64,000 nucleotides of DNA from NCBI GenBank assembly GCA_943355025.1, contig CALRDW010000005.1:244-64243 (forward strand), in the 5' to 3' direction. The position numbers and the translations under genes are program-made. Of the stretch, positions 1-8,198 are shown in pieces. Source of the stretch: Candidatus Magasanikiibacteriota bacterium. Its GTDB lineage: Bacteria > Patescibacteriota > Patescibacteriia > Magasanikbacterales > 2-02-FULL-50-9b. Within the stretch, counting starts at the first letter, position 1. Each line of letters opens with the position of its first letter. The notes below the pieces were generated by a model. The model ran no database searches and was not told the DNA's origin. It was given only the letters and a program-made list of their open reading frames with translations.

Positions 1-969
1 GAGATCCTTGCGACAGAGGAAAATCCCGCCCGGGTACGGCAAGCGGCCCATTTTGTCGCCGTCGATTGATACAGACATCACCTGTTCGACATTGAAGCCG
101 AACTTGAGGTCTTTGTTAACGAACGGAACAGTAAAGCCCGCGAATGCCGCATCAACGTGCAGATAGATGTTCGCGCACGTGTCGTGCTGCAACTTATCGA
201 TCCGCGCGCCGATTGCCTCGACAGGATCGATTGATCCCATGACGGTTGTGCCGACATTGGCAACGACGAGAAACCGTCGAAACCCTTCTTCGTAGCGAAG
301 CCGAAACACACGCTCGAGATCGTCGACATCCATTTCACCTTTGTGGTTCATGCCGACAAGTGTCGTGCCTGAGCCACGCGGATCCGTGATGAGCAAATGG
401 TCACGTCGGCAGCGTGGACAACGAGACCAGCGGGATTTCCCGAGGTCCATTTTGTCGCATGCCTTGTCGATGCTGTAGTGCGTGAGCGGCGTGCAGAGCA
501 CTGCGACGCCCCGATTCATCGGGTCTGATCGCAGTCGCAGCCACTCGCGTCCAATCCACAAACTTTGGTCATTCGCTTCGGTTGCACCGCCGCAAAAATA
601 ACCATCAACCGTGTCCGGTGTGCCGCCCATCACACTCGCCATCATCCAGATCGCGCGCGATTCGACATCGTGCAAATCACCAAAACCGGTTTCGCCCTGC
701 TTGCCGCGTGTATGCGTGCCGATCGCGTTGAGCTGCGCGACTATAATGTGATTGATGCACTCCATCTGCGCTTCGAGCAGCGGCGTGCCCGGATAACACA
801 TTGGGGGTTTCGGCTCATAATAAGGGGATTTGAGCAGCTTAGACACGGTGCCGTATTCTTTGAGAGCTCCTTCCGTTCCGTCGAGAAGCTCCGTGGTCTC
901 TGAATGGCGTGGCACTTCCGGCCATCGCCACAAATCGCCTTTGCCACCAGAAACGCGTTTACCAGACAT
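1..969 (-). CDS. PLP-dependent amino-acid decarboxylase (group II, fold-type I), N-terminal part; the C-terminus lies beyond the window start
   Basis: Manual reverse translation from the ATG at 969 (GAGAGG RBS upstream) gives an uninterrupted reading frame to position 1. It carries decarboxylase-like motifs: GYFCGGATEAN, TTVMGSIDP and HVDAAFAGF. The six-frame track omits it because no stop falls in the window. Confidence 0.5.
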   Translation of the reverse strand, partial: MSGKRVSGGKGDLWRWPEVPRHSETTELLDGTEGALKEYGTVSKLLKSPYYEPKPPMCYPGTPLLEAQMECINHIIVAQLNAIGTHTRGKQGETGFGDLHDVESRAIWMMASVMGGTPDTVDGYFCGGATEANDQSLWIGREWLRLRSDPMNRGVAVLCTPLTHYSIDKACDKMDLGKSRWSRCPRCRRDHLLITDPRGSGTTLVGMNHKGEMDVDDLERVFRLRYEEGFRRFLVVANVGTTVMGSIDPVEAIGARIDKLQHDTCANIYLHVDAAFAGFTVPFVNKDLKFGFNVEQVMSVSIDGDKMGRLPYPGGIFLCRKDL

Positions 970-1187
970 GGGGGTGCCTCTCTAACTCTATACTTTTTGT
1001 CAAACCGCACTGCCACTTTGATAGTGCACGCGTACGTTAGACTAGGAATTATAAATAGTCAAGAGGGCGGTTTACAGCCCGTAGTGGTGTTGTGCGGCCC
1101 CTTGACGATTGTGACCCTGTGTGGCCATACTCAAGCTAGTTATTTCTAACAACGGCGTTGCGCCTTTAATTCAGAACAAGGTGAACC

Positions 1188-1433
1188 ATGGCTTTTAAAT
1201 CAATCAGTGGTGTCGTGTCGGCTGCTGACACCGGAATCTATCATCCGACCGGGCAGATCTACGTCAACGAAGATGGGGTACGGCTGTGCCCTGGATGCGG
1301 CGAGGAAGATCCGCAGCACGAGCATGACAGCGGCTCTGCGAGCGAGATGGGCCGACATCTCACGTGCAATAATCAACCTCGCTGGTTCGAAGGCTTTAGA
1401 GGACGAGGTACTAAAATCGTTGACGGCGATTAA
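1188..1433 (+). CDS. hypothetical small protein (81 aa, CPGC motif)
   Basis: ORF with an AAGGTGA RBS 6 nt upstream, followed by a hairpin and T-run. No family recognised. Confidence 0.3.
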   Translation: MAFKSISGVVSAADTGIYHPTGQIYVNEDGVRLCPGCGEEDPQHEHDSGSASEMGRHLTCNNQPRWFEGFRGRGTKIVDGD

Positions 1434-1492
1434 CGCAGCGAGCGTATGAAACGATTGCACATGGCGCGGCGCCGACAAACTTCTTGTATTAT

Positions 1493-1528
1493 GCCCCCTC
1501 TGCTGCACGCAGGTGGGGCTCTTTTTTA
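1493..1528 (+). terminator. putative rho-independent terminator after the small ORF
   Basis: Imperfect GC-rich stem (ccccctctgc / gcaggtgggg) followed by tcttttttat. Confidence 0.35.
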
Positions 1529-1654
1529 TCCGCCAATTGTTTCTGATTGAATTTCGCGAGCTCTACCCGAACCTTCTGTTCCATCTCTGTTCGCGATACG
1601 GCGCCCACGCCGTCCAAAATTTCCTTTGATTATAGTTTTTTTGATACATACCCC

Positions 1655-1690
1655 CTTAAAATAAACACTCCTCCCTTGTGGGGAGGAGTG
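1655..1690 (-). terminator. rho-independent terminator of the NYN gene
   Basis: Perfect 10-bp stem (cactcctccc / gggaggagtg) with a 5-nt loop. The minus strand reads stem then tttattttaag, directly downstream of the stop at 1744. Confidence 0.55.
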
Positions 1691-1743
1691 GACGCGTAAC
1701 GGCGAAATACATAAATAAACTATAGACCCACGCACAACATGTG

Positions 1744-2067
1744 TCAGACACTTAACAGGCCGAGTTCCTCCAGACGGGCAACCACACTCACCTGTTTGCG
1801 CAGACGATTGCGAATGAACTGAATCGCCGGCGCCAATCCCGCGTCCGCGCTCACGATGATTGCGTGATCATACGCATCCTCGCGCGCGCCCACGAGCAGG
1901 TCAACGACCAACGCGACGTCAAACCCGCGCGGCGAGTTTTTATTGTACTGCGTGCAGACAATCCGCGGATCCACATTTTTGATAAACTCCTCCGCCTTTT
2001 TCCGCTGCTCCGGATCCGCCGCGACCAAAAAATCAAAAAATATGTGCACTCTCCCCTGCGTTTGCAT
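1744..2067 (-). CDS. small NYN/LabA-like (PIN-like) domain protein
   Basis: N-terminal RVHIFFD strand and the motif FDVALVVDLL...HAIIVSADAGLAPAIQ, typical of the NYN (DUF88) fold. The protein is short (107 aa). Confidence 0.45.
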   Translation of the reverse strand: MQTQGRVHIFFDFLVAADPEQRKKAEEFIKNVDPRIVCTQYNKNSPRGFDVALVVDLLVGAREDAYDHAIIVSADAGLAPAIQFIRNRLRKQVSVVARLEELGLLSV

Positions 2068-2242
2068 AGAAATAGATTAGTTTGAATGACTATCTATACT
2101 GGGTGACATGGATGGAAAGGTTTGTCAAGGGACTAACATCATGAGAATACACAGCGCTTTAAAAAAAGGTCACAGCGACACGGAATGAATCGTTTTCTGG
2201 AGCATAGCGAAAGAAAAACACTATGAACCAGCACCAGTATGC

Positions 2243-2752
2243 CTATAATTCTCCTTGTTGTCCGCATGTAGGGCATGGCTCATGTGATTTTGCCATATCG
2301 TTTTTATGTTCCAAAAAACAGTGTGCTGTTTTACCTAATGACCTTACAAGTTTTCGCTCACTCGTTATTAAACCACCCATTGTTTTTCCTTTATGGAAAT
2401 CAACTAGCATTCCCACTCCTACATCTTGAAGAAATTTAATCCCAATTAAATTTCTATCACCTTGCACTACTGTAATTTGGTAATTTTCTATTACTAAGTC
2501 TCCAAACCTAAGATTAGCATTACGTATTTGACCTCTTGTTTGTCCCGAACCAGCTCCAGTGCTTATAACTACCTCTCCTTTTACTTTTGCACAAACTGCA
2601 TCTGCTAATTCTTGTGTCAGTATTATGCCAAATATAGACCCAGTATCTACATAGGCGTTAAAATCATATGAACCGTGCCCATCAAAAACTTCGCCTGTCA
2701 GAATAAGCTTACCTTCATCATCAATACTGAGTTTCCCAGATTTTCGCTCCAT
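2243..2752 (-). CDS. retropepsin-like (clan AA) aspartic protease
   Basis: FNAYVDTGS catalytic D-T-G-S motif in a roughly 170-aa protein. GC is low (about 40%). It has its own TTGCTT-17-TAAATA promoter-like element upstream. Confidence 0.5.
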   Translation of the reverse strand: MERKSGKLSIDDEGKLILTGEVFDGHGSYDFNAYVDTGSIFGIILTQELADAVCAKVKGEVVISTGAGSGQTRGQIRNANLRFGDLVIENYQITVVQGDRNLIGIKFLQDVGVGMLVDFHKGKTMGGLITSERKLVRSLGKTAHCFLEHKNDMAKSHEPCPTCGQQGEL

Positions 2753-2878
2753 AGTTTTGTAGAATGACAGTATTTAGTACAAAGTCACTAGATAAGCAAT
2801 GTTTGACAGAGATATAATACACGCGCAAGGCGAGCATAGGAAAGGGTCTAAAACATATATTACGCCAGCCAAAACATA

Positions 2879-3961
2879 TTATTCACGTTCACCTAAAATA
2901 AATTCTGCACGCTTAAATAACTCATCGAAAGTAAGAATTTCCACAGCATGAATACCTTGCCGAAATCTTTCGAAAGAATTCCTTTGGTCTCTATCCGCCG
3001 CTATCTGACTTAGCTTGCCAATTAATAGAATCCCTTTTGGGATAACGGTGTAGGCTTCGTTTTCTTCAAATCTGTCTCGATTGTCATCTGTCCTAGAGCC
3101 GGTGATTTCCCATGTGCTTAGATTTGCCTGCAATTGAGTGATGCCGTCTGTCAGTTCTTTTGCCACACTCCAAGCACCATTGCGCTGCGCTGAAGCTCCT
3201 TGAATAATAGGTGTTGCGGGAGTTTTTATCTCAACTAATACAGTAAATTTGATGTCTCCTTCAGCAGTACATAGTGTATCTCCTCTTTGTCCGCCAGTAC
3301 CATCAACCCTTGTACCACCATAGTGCGGCTGACTTTGTTCTTGCTTTAGAATTTGGTAATTCAAGCCATAGCCGAATATCCACCGATTCCTTTCGAAGAA
3401 ATCCTGCCAATAAGCCTCCTCTCCAACCCCCTTGATTGGCAAGCTAGTTCTGAATTCTTCTAATGCTTCGAGCCTAGTTTCATGAAGATGGTTTAACAAT
3501 ATTTTCTTAGCAAGTTCCGGAGCATTTTCCTTTAGTAAGGACCAAAATTCTTCAGAGTAATTATTGTCTAAAATTTGCTGAAGTACCTGCCGCTTATTTG
3601 CATCGTCTATTACGATAACCCTATCTGAAGGAGCTACAACATATTCTTGGTATCCAGACACCACTCCTTGTTCAGCAATTTTTCGACGTTTTTGAATTTC
3701 TTCACAGAATATTTTTGTTTGCTCTGTGCCCAGCTCGATCTCTACTCCCTCATATAATTTTAGTTTTCTAAAATCTTGCCCATCCAACTGTTCCCATTTT
3801 TTGTCTCTTTCTTTTTTAAATCGAACAAGTATTCCACGAACGCCTCCGGAATGAATTGCTGGTTTGAAAATTAACACCGTATCAGATGTTTGCTTCAATA
3901 CGATCCAATCTGTTTTGGCAAACCCTGTAGTTACTGTTAGTGTTTTTATTTTATCGCTCAC
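2879..3961 (-). CDS. DUF4263 (Shedu-like) protein with a PD-(D/E)xK nuclease core
   Basis: C-terminal WQDFFERNRWIFGYGL...RGDTL...VLVEIKTP...ILTFDELFKRAE, that is D...EIK of the restriction-endonuclease fold. GTG start 23 nt downstream of the preceding stop. Low GC. Confidence 0.45.
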   Translation of the reverse strand: MSDKIKTLTVTTGFAKTDWIVLKQTSDTVLIFKPAIHSGGVRGILVRFKKERDKKWEQLDGQDFRKLKLYEGVEIELGTEQTKIFCEEIQKRRKIAEQGVVSGYQEYVVAPSDRVIVIDDANKRQVLQQILDNNYSEEFWSLLKENAPELAKKILLNHLHETRLEALEEFRTSLPIKGVGEEAYWQDFFERNRWIFGYGLNYQILKQEQSQPHYGGTRVDGTGGQRGDTLCTAEGDIKFTVLVEIKTPATPIIQGASAQRNGAWSVAKELTDGITQLQANLSTWEITGSRTDDNRDRFEENEAYTVIPKGILLIGKLSQIAADRDQRNSFERFRQGIHAVEILTFDELFKRAEFILGERE

Positions 3962-3984
3962 AGAGAAAAGTATATTTACGCAAA

Positions 3985-5868
3985 CTATTTTTTATAGGAG
4001 CCCTTAAACAATTTTCCAATCTCCTCATCCTCAAAATACACGAAACATCCTTTCATCCCTCGTGTCATCAAGGTTCGATAGGTATTTTTAATAATCGCAT
4101 CTGCTTTTTCGCGTGCACCAATTGGATCAATCTTCAATGCAGCCTTAAAACCAGATAACGACTTGTCCGTACGCGCACGCTTTGTTGGATCTGTGATCAC
4201 CTGTCCATCGCGCACAATTAAATCGCGGCCAACGATCACACCCACATAATCAACCTCCAAACCTTGGCATGTGTGAATACAACCAATTTGATTGACCGAC
4301 TCCGGCGCTTGAATCCACAAATTCCCATCTGTCGCCAAATTCCATTGCATACCAAAATCATGTTCGGGAATAATAACATCCATAGCGGATTTATCATTAC
4401 GACTCACCCAATTCCAACAATATCCCGCAACCAATCGTGCCTTGTTAGAAATTTTGCCATCTTTGTCGAGAACATTATTTTTTTCAATAATCAAATCGCG
4501 CAATTCATTCGGTGAATCAACGACACGAAAATCATAGTCGAAATCTGAAAACTCCAAATTTGCCGTTTCACGAATTTGCAACATGTTATCGAGCCACGCT
4601 AAATATCCATCAGAACCATTACACCGAAACTGCGACGTTAGCTCCATGTGTGTCACTTTCGCACCTGCCTCACGCGCAATTTTTTCAATTTCATCTTTCG
4701 AACCAATATCAGACCAGGTCACTCGCTGATCTTCATCAATAAAAAATACAGAACATTTTGCCGCCGCAATAATTTCCTTGATCTGATTTTCACCCTTGTT
4801 TTTATAAATACCTGATTTTTCATTTAAACGATGCGCCTCATCAACCACGAGTGCATCAAATGAATTTGCCTCACAACCAATGAACACACCCGAACTTAAA
4901 AAGAAGTTCCGTATGTCCACTCTTCGCATATGTCCAACAAGGCGGCTGTAAAACACATCCCGCGGAGCAGCATTTTTCGTAACGTAACGAACATTCTTAT
5001 GATCTTGTTTTGTAATGTCAACCAATAAATTAACCGCAACAACCGACTTCCCAGTACCAGGGCCACCTTGAACAATTAAAACATTTTTATTACTTTCTGC
5101 AGATGTACGCGCCAACATGAGCGCGTTTTCGTAAACTATTTTTTGCTCATCTATCATCAAAAATTCTTTATTTCCTTTTAACAACGAAGCAAGGCTGTCT
5201 ACCAATTTTTTTGATGGCTTAATCTCGCCATTGTCGACCCTAAACATTATATTATTCTTGTCACCATATTTAACAAACTGTTTGATAAATGCGGCCAATT
5301 TTCTCGTATCGCTTTTTAAAAAAACAGGCGCTTGCTCAGTGTATTCACGATAAAAATCGTTTCGAATAACATCATCCTCATTATAATTATGCAAATAAGC
5401 ACACGGATGTATACGAATATCATCGTCTTCCACGGTCTTGCTGAAACCCTTAAGCAATTCCGAATATGTAAGCGCTTGATATGACGGATGATTTGCTTCA
5501 CGAATACCACCACCAACCCACGTGCTCACAATTGCGTCTTTATCAGTCATGTCAGCGGACTCCCACTGTTTGAGTTCGACCAAAACAACATGGTCCGAAC
5601 CATTTTCTCCTTGACCACTCAAAATAAAATCAACACGCTTGCGGCTCAGCGGAATCATGTACTCAATTGATACCACTGAACCACCTGGTATCTCTTCATC
5701 AACCAATACACCGTGCATGAAACGCAAAGAATTTGCGAAAGCACGAACTTCCGCATGAGTCGCGGTTACATTAACCTTCTTTCGAAGATACTCAAAAATA
5801 ATGTCGGCGATATCGCCATCAATCACGTGATCAAGAAACTCTGTTTTAGGATATGAATATACAATCAT
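3985..5868 (-). CDS. DUF2075 / Schlafen-like protein: N-terminal PD-(D/E)xK nuclease plus SF1-helicase-like P-loop ATPase
   Basis: Nuclease motif RVDFIL...VVLVELKQWE. Walker A IVQGGPGTGKS. DEAH-box ALVVDEAHRL. Helicase motifs V and VI GCIHTCQGLEVDYVGVIV and TLMTRGMKGCFVYF. ATGA start/stop overlap with the upstream MazG-like gene. Confidence 0.6.
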   Translation of the reverse strand: MIVYSYPKTEFLDHVIDGDIADIIFEYLRKKVNVTATHAEVRAFANSLRFMHGVLVDEEIPGGSVVSIEYMIPLSRKRVDFILSGQGENGSDHVVLVELKQWESADMTDKDAIVSTWVGGGIREANHPSYQALTYSELLKGFSKTVEDDDIRIHPCAYLHNYNEDDVIRNDFYREYTEQAPVFLKSDTRKLAAFIKQFVKYGDKNNIMFRVDNGEIKPSKKLVDSLASLLKGNKEFLMIDEQKIVYENALMLARTSAESNKNVLIVQGGPGTGKSVVAVNLLVDITKQDHKNVRYVTKNAAPRDVFYSRLVGHMRRVDIRNFFLSSGVFIGCEANSFDALVVDEAHRLNEKSGIYKNKGENQIKEIIAAAKCSVFFIDEDQRVTWSDIGSKDEIEKIAREAGAKVTHMELTSQFRCNGSDGYLAWLDNMLQIRETANLEFSDFDYDFRVVDSPNELRDLIIEKNNVLDKDGKISNKARLVAGYCWNWVSRNDKSAMDVIIPEHDFGMQWNLATDGNLWIQAPESVNQIGCIHTCQGLEVDYVGVIVGRDLIVRDGQVITDPTKRARTDKSLSGFKAALKIDPIGAREKADAIIKNTYRTLMTRGMKGCFVYFEDEEIGKLFKGSYKK

Positions 5869-6221
5869 ACGTCTGTATACTCCGTATACTTCCCAAACTT
5901 CCCCCTCGCCTTCTCAACCGGATACTTCCCCTCATTCTCCCCCATCTTGCGCGCAAACGCCGCGCCCAAATCAATCCCCAAGTCGTGCGCCATGAGTAAC
6001 ACCCAGTAGAGCGTGTCAGCGAGCTCGTCGCCAACGTCATCCGTGTGCGCGCGCAGGTGCGCGGCAATGTCATCCGCGCTCTTCCACTGAAAATGCTCAA
6101 GCACCTCCGTGGCCTCAAGCACAAGCGAGATCGCCACATCCTTCGGATTATGAAACTGCTTCCAATCGCGCGCGTCGCGGAAGGCAACAATCTTCTGAGT
6201 TAATTCCTGAATCGAATCCAT
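5865..6221 (-). CDS. MazG-like nucleoside triphosphate pyrophosphohydrolase (small all-alpha NTP-PPase)
   Basis: EATEVLEHFQW and DELADTLYWVL metal-binding helices typical of the MazG/YpjD family. About 57% GC, unlike the downstream genes. Confidence 0.6.
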   Translation of the reverse strand: MDSIQELTQKIVAFRDARDWKQFHNPKDVAISLVLEATEVLEHFQWKSADDIAAHLRAHTDDVGDELADTLYWVLLMAHDLGIDLGAAFARKMGENEGKYPVEKARGKFGKYTEYTDV

Positions 6222-6230
6222 AGTGCCCCC

Positions 6231-6259
6231 ATCATACCCACTTTCTCTAAATCAAACAA
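6231..6259 (-). promoter_or_regulatory. sigma70-like promoter of the MazG-DUF2075-DUF4263 operon
   Basis: Minus strand reads TTGTTT, a 17-nt spacer, TATGAT, then about 9 nt with GGGGG before the ATG at 6221. Confidence 0.45.
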
Positions 6260-6268
6260 TACACCTAG

Positions 6269-6297
6269 TTGACACACCAAATCACACATGTTATATT
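6269..6297 (+). promoter_or_regulatory. divergent sigma70-like promoter driving the small-RNA candidate
   Basis: TTGACA, a 17-nt spacer, TATATT on the plus strand. Confidence 0.45.
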
Positions 6298-6302
6298 TTA
6301 TT

Positions 6303-6431
6303 CGAAGCTTACAATAATAACTTTTGGGACGCTTCGGTGCTCCCCCGGAATATCTGGGGTCTCAGCCGAGGAGAACGAATCCAAGAGACGTAGCTTCACC
6401 AAAACTCCCGATCACTTGATCGGGTTTTTTG
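6303..6431 (+). ncRNA. candidate structured small RNA of unknown class (about 125 nt)
   Basis: Bounded by a consensus promoter and an intrinsic terminator (cccgatca..tgatcggg followed by ttttttgtt). Internal hairpins: cgcUUCGgug, ccccgg/ctgggg and gtctc..gagac. The only ORF here runs through the terminator, so no plausible coding sequence. Confidence 0.35.
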
Positions 6432-6434
6432 TTA

Positions 6435-7082
6435 TCAGACAAACAGTTCGATGCCAGTACCGACGATATTTTCCTTCAAAATATCCATACATTCCTGCCC
6501 CAACGGTTTTTCATTCAAATACGCCGCAATTGCGCCGGCGATCCAATCTGCAATTTGTATATTTCGATCTACAGCCGAATCGACGCGGTCAATTCTGACC
6601 TTCGTTCCTCGTAAAGCATCCTTATAAATTTTTGTTCTGAGCATTTCTTTAAATTCAACATCAGTCACACCCTTTAATCGCCGCTGATCACAAATAACAA
6701 AAAATTCCTTATCGGTCGATGGAAAATATTGCTCGATCACCTTTCCAACCATATGTGTATACAGCAGCCCACCCTGGATGATGCTTTTACGCATATATTT
6801 CGTAGGAAAATTTTCACATTTAAAATATACAAATTGGATTCTCACTTCAAGCGAGCAGATAAAACGAAGCGTCCGAAGCCTAAGTGCACGGTCTATCCCA
6901 TTCCCTGAATATTTTATCTCGGCCAGTGCCCGCATTTTCTTCGGGAATTTAGTTCGACACCATGCTTTAAATCGTTTTGCTGATTTTTTAGGATCATCAA
7001 CAGTAAAAGATGCAATAATAAAATATCGCTCGTTTCCCCGTTCAACAAACGGACCACTTTCATCAATAAAAATAGTTGCCAT
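6435..7082 (-). CDS. DUF3800 family protein
   Basis: N-terminal MATIFIDESG, the hallmark DUF3800 start motif. Low GC. Its stop abuts the bidirectional terminator. Confidence 0.55.
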   Translation of the reverse strand: MATIFIDESGPFVERGNERYFIIASFTVDDPKKSAKRFKAWCRTKFPKKMRALAEIKYSGNGIDRALRLRTLRFICSLEVRIQFVYFKCENFPTKYMRKSIIQGGLLYTHMVGKVIEQYFPSTDKEFFVICDQRRLKGVTDVEFKEMLRTKIYKDALRGTKVRIDRVDSAVDRNIQIADWIAGAIAAYLNEKPLGQECMDILKENIVGTGIELFV

Positions 7083-7152
7083 ATCCCCCTTAAAATTTTA
7101 TGATGCAATCTTATGCTTTCATGAAACTAAACGCAAATATCGCGAATATATT

Positions 7153-7187
7153 TTATTCACGCAATAATATCAATAATTAGTGAATAA
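7153..7187. repeat. perfect 8-bp inverted repeat TTATTCAC-N19-GTGAATAA at the right edge of the low-GC island
   Basis: Seen directly. A further tattcactaataa half-site lies about 20 nt downstream. Confidence 0.4.
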
Positions 7188-7231
7188 CCACTACAAAACA
7201 CCCCCTATTCACTAATAAATCTGTCAAATAC

Positions 7232-8179
7232 TTATCGATCCCACAAAAACCCTCTCCCAAAATGCCCCCACATGCACGTCTCCGCATATCGCACGTCAGC
7301 CAACCGGAGCGCCCCCCGAATCCCCGCCGGCGACAAATCATACCCGCTCACAACCTCCTCAACCCCATCCACCACCGCAGAGGCCATAACCGGTTCCGCC
7401 TTCCCAATCGCATACGCCAATTTCACGACAACCTCTCGCGCCCCCACGCGCGCACCCAACAAATCCACCGCAATCTTCCGCGCCATATACGCGCCCGACC
7501 GATCGACCTTCGTGTAATCCTTCCCCGAAAACGAACCGCCGCCAATCGCAACCTCCGGCCCGTAATTGTCGACGATCAATTTGCGCCCCGACAAACCCGT
7601 GTCCGCGTCGAACCCGCCCTGCGTCCATTCGCCCGCCCGATTAATAATATATTCCCCCGCGCCCGGAATCACAGCCTGCACAATCGCCAATAAATCCGCG
7701 CTCTTAGTATTCTGAAAACTCGCGACCACGCATGTGACCACCCCATCCTCAACCGTCACCTGCGTTTTGCCGTCAAACGGATACACGCCAAAAATCGCCT
7801 GACACAGCCGCCGCGCCAAAACGTACTCCAAAGGCAACAACTCCGGAGTCTCTGCACACGCATACCCCTTCATAATTCCCTGGTCGCCCGCGCCACCCGT
7901 ATCAACGCCCTGCGCAATCTCCGGACTCTGCCGCGCAATATTCGTCAAAACCACAAACTCCTCGCCCACAATATCCCGCACCACCCGCTGCATATCCGGC
8001 GCCACTCCCGCCGCCGTCACCTCTCCATTAATCGTCACCAAATTATGCCCGCCCATCACCTCAATCGCCACGCGCGCCCGCGGGTCAACCGCCAAGTACG
8101 CGTCGAGAATGCTGTCCGCAATAAAATCACAAATCTTGTCCGGGTGCTTCGGTGAAACGAACTCTGCTGTCTTAATCAT
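7232..8179 (-). CDS. metK: S-adenosylmethionine synthetase (short form, 315 aa)
   Basis: HPDKICDFIADSILDA N-terminus and the GAGDQGIMKGYA signature. Confidence 0.85.
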   Translation of the reverse strand: MIKTAEFVSPKHPDKICDFIADSILDAYLAVDPRARVAIEVMGGHNLVTINGEVTAAGVAPDMQRVVRDIVGEEFVVLTNIARQSPEIAQGVDTGGAGDQGIMKGYACAETPELLPLEYVLARRLCQAIFGVYPFDGKTQVTVEDGVVTCVVASFQNTKSADLLAIVQAVIPGAGEYIINRAGEWTQGGFDADTGLSGRKLIVDNYGPEVAIGGGSFSGKDYTKVDRSGAYMARKIAVDLLGARVGAREVVVKLAYAIGKAEPVMASAVVDGVEEVVSGYDLSPAGIRGALRLADVRYAETCMWGHFGRGFLWDR

Positions 8180-8198
8180 ATAATTGGCCCATCAAATT

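Noticed and set aside
2100-2240. Plus-strand gaTATACTggg promoter-like element and a 15-codon ORF at the island left boundary
   Set aside because: Weak -35. It would drive transcription antisense to the protease gene with no credible product. Could be an antisense RNA but the evidence is thin.
6303-6431. Considered tRNA, SRP RNA (4.5S) or riboswitch identity for the small RNA candidate
   Set aside because: No cloverleaf or GTTCGAATCC T-arm. The SRP domain IV consensus (AGGUCAGG..GGAAGCAG) is not found. No downstream gene on that strand for a riboswitch. Left as unclassified sRNA.
6269-6598. 109-aa plus-strand ORF starting at the sRNA promoter
   Set aside because: It reads straight through a strong intrinsic terminator and into the antisense of DUF3800. 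No RBS.
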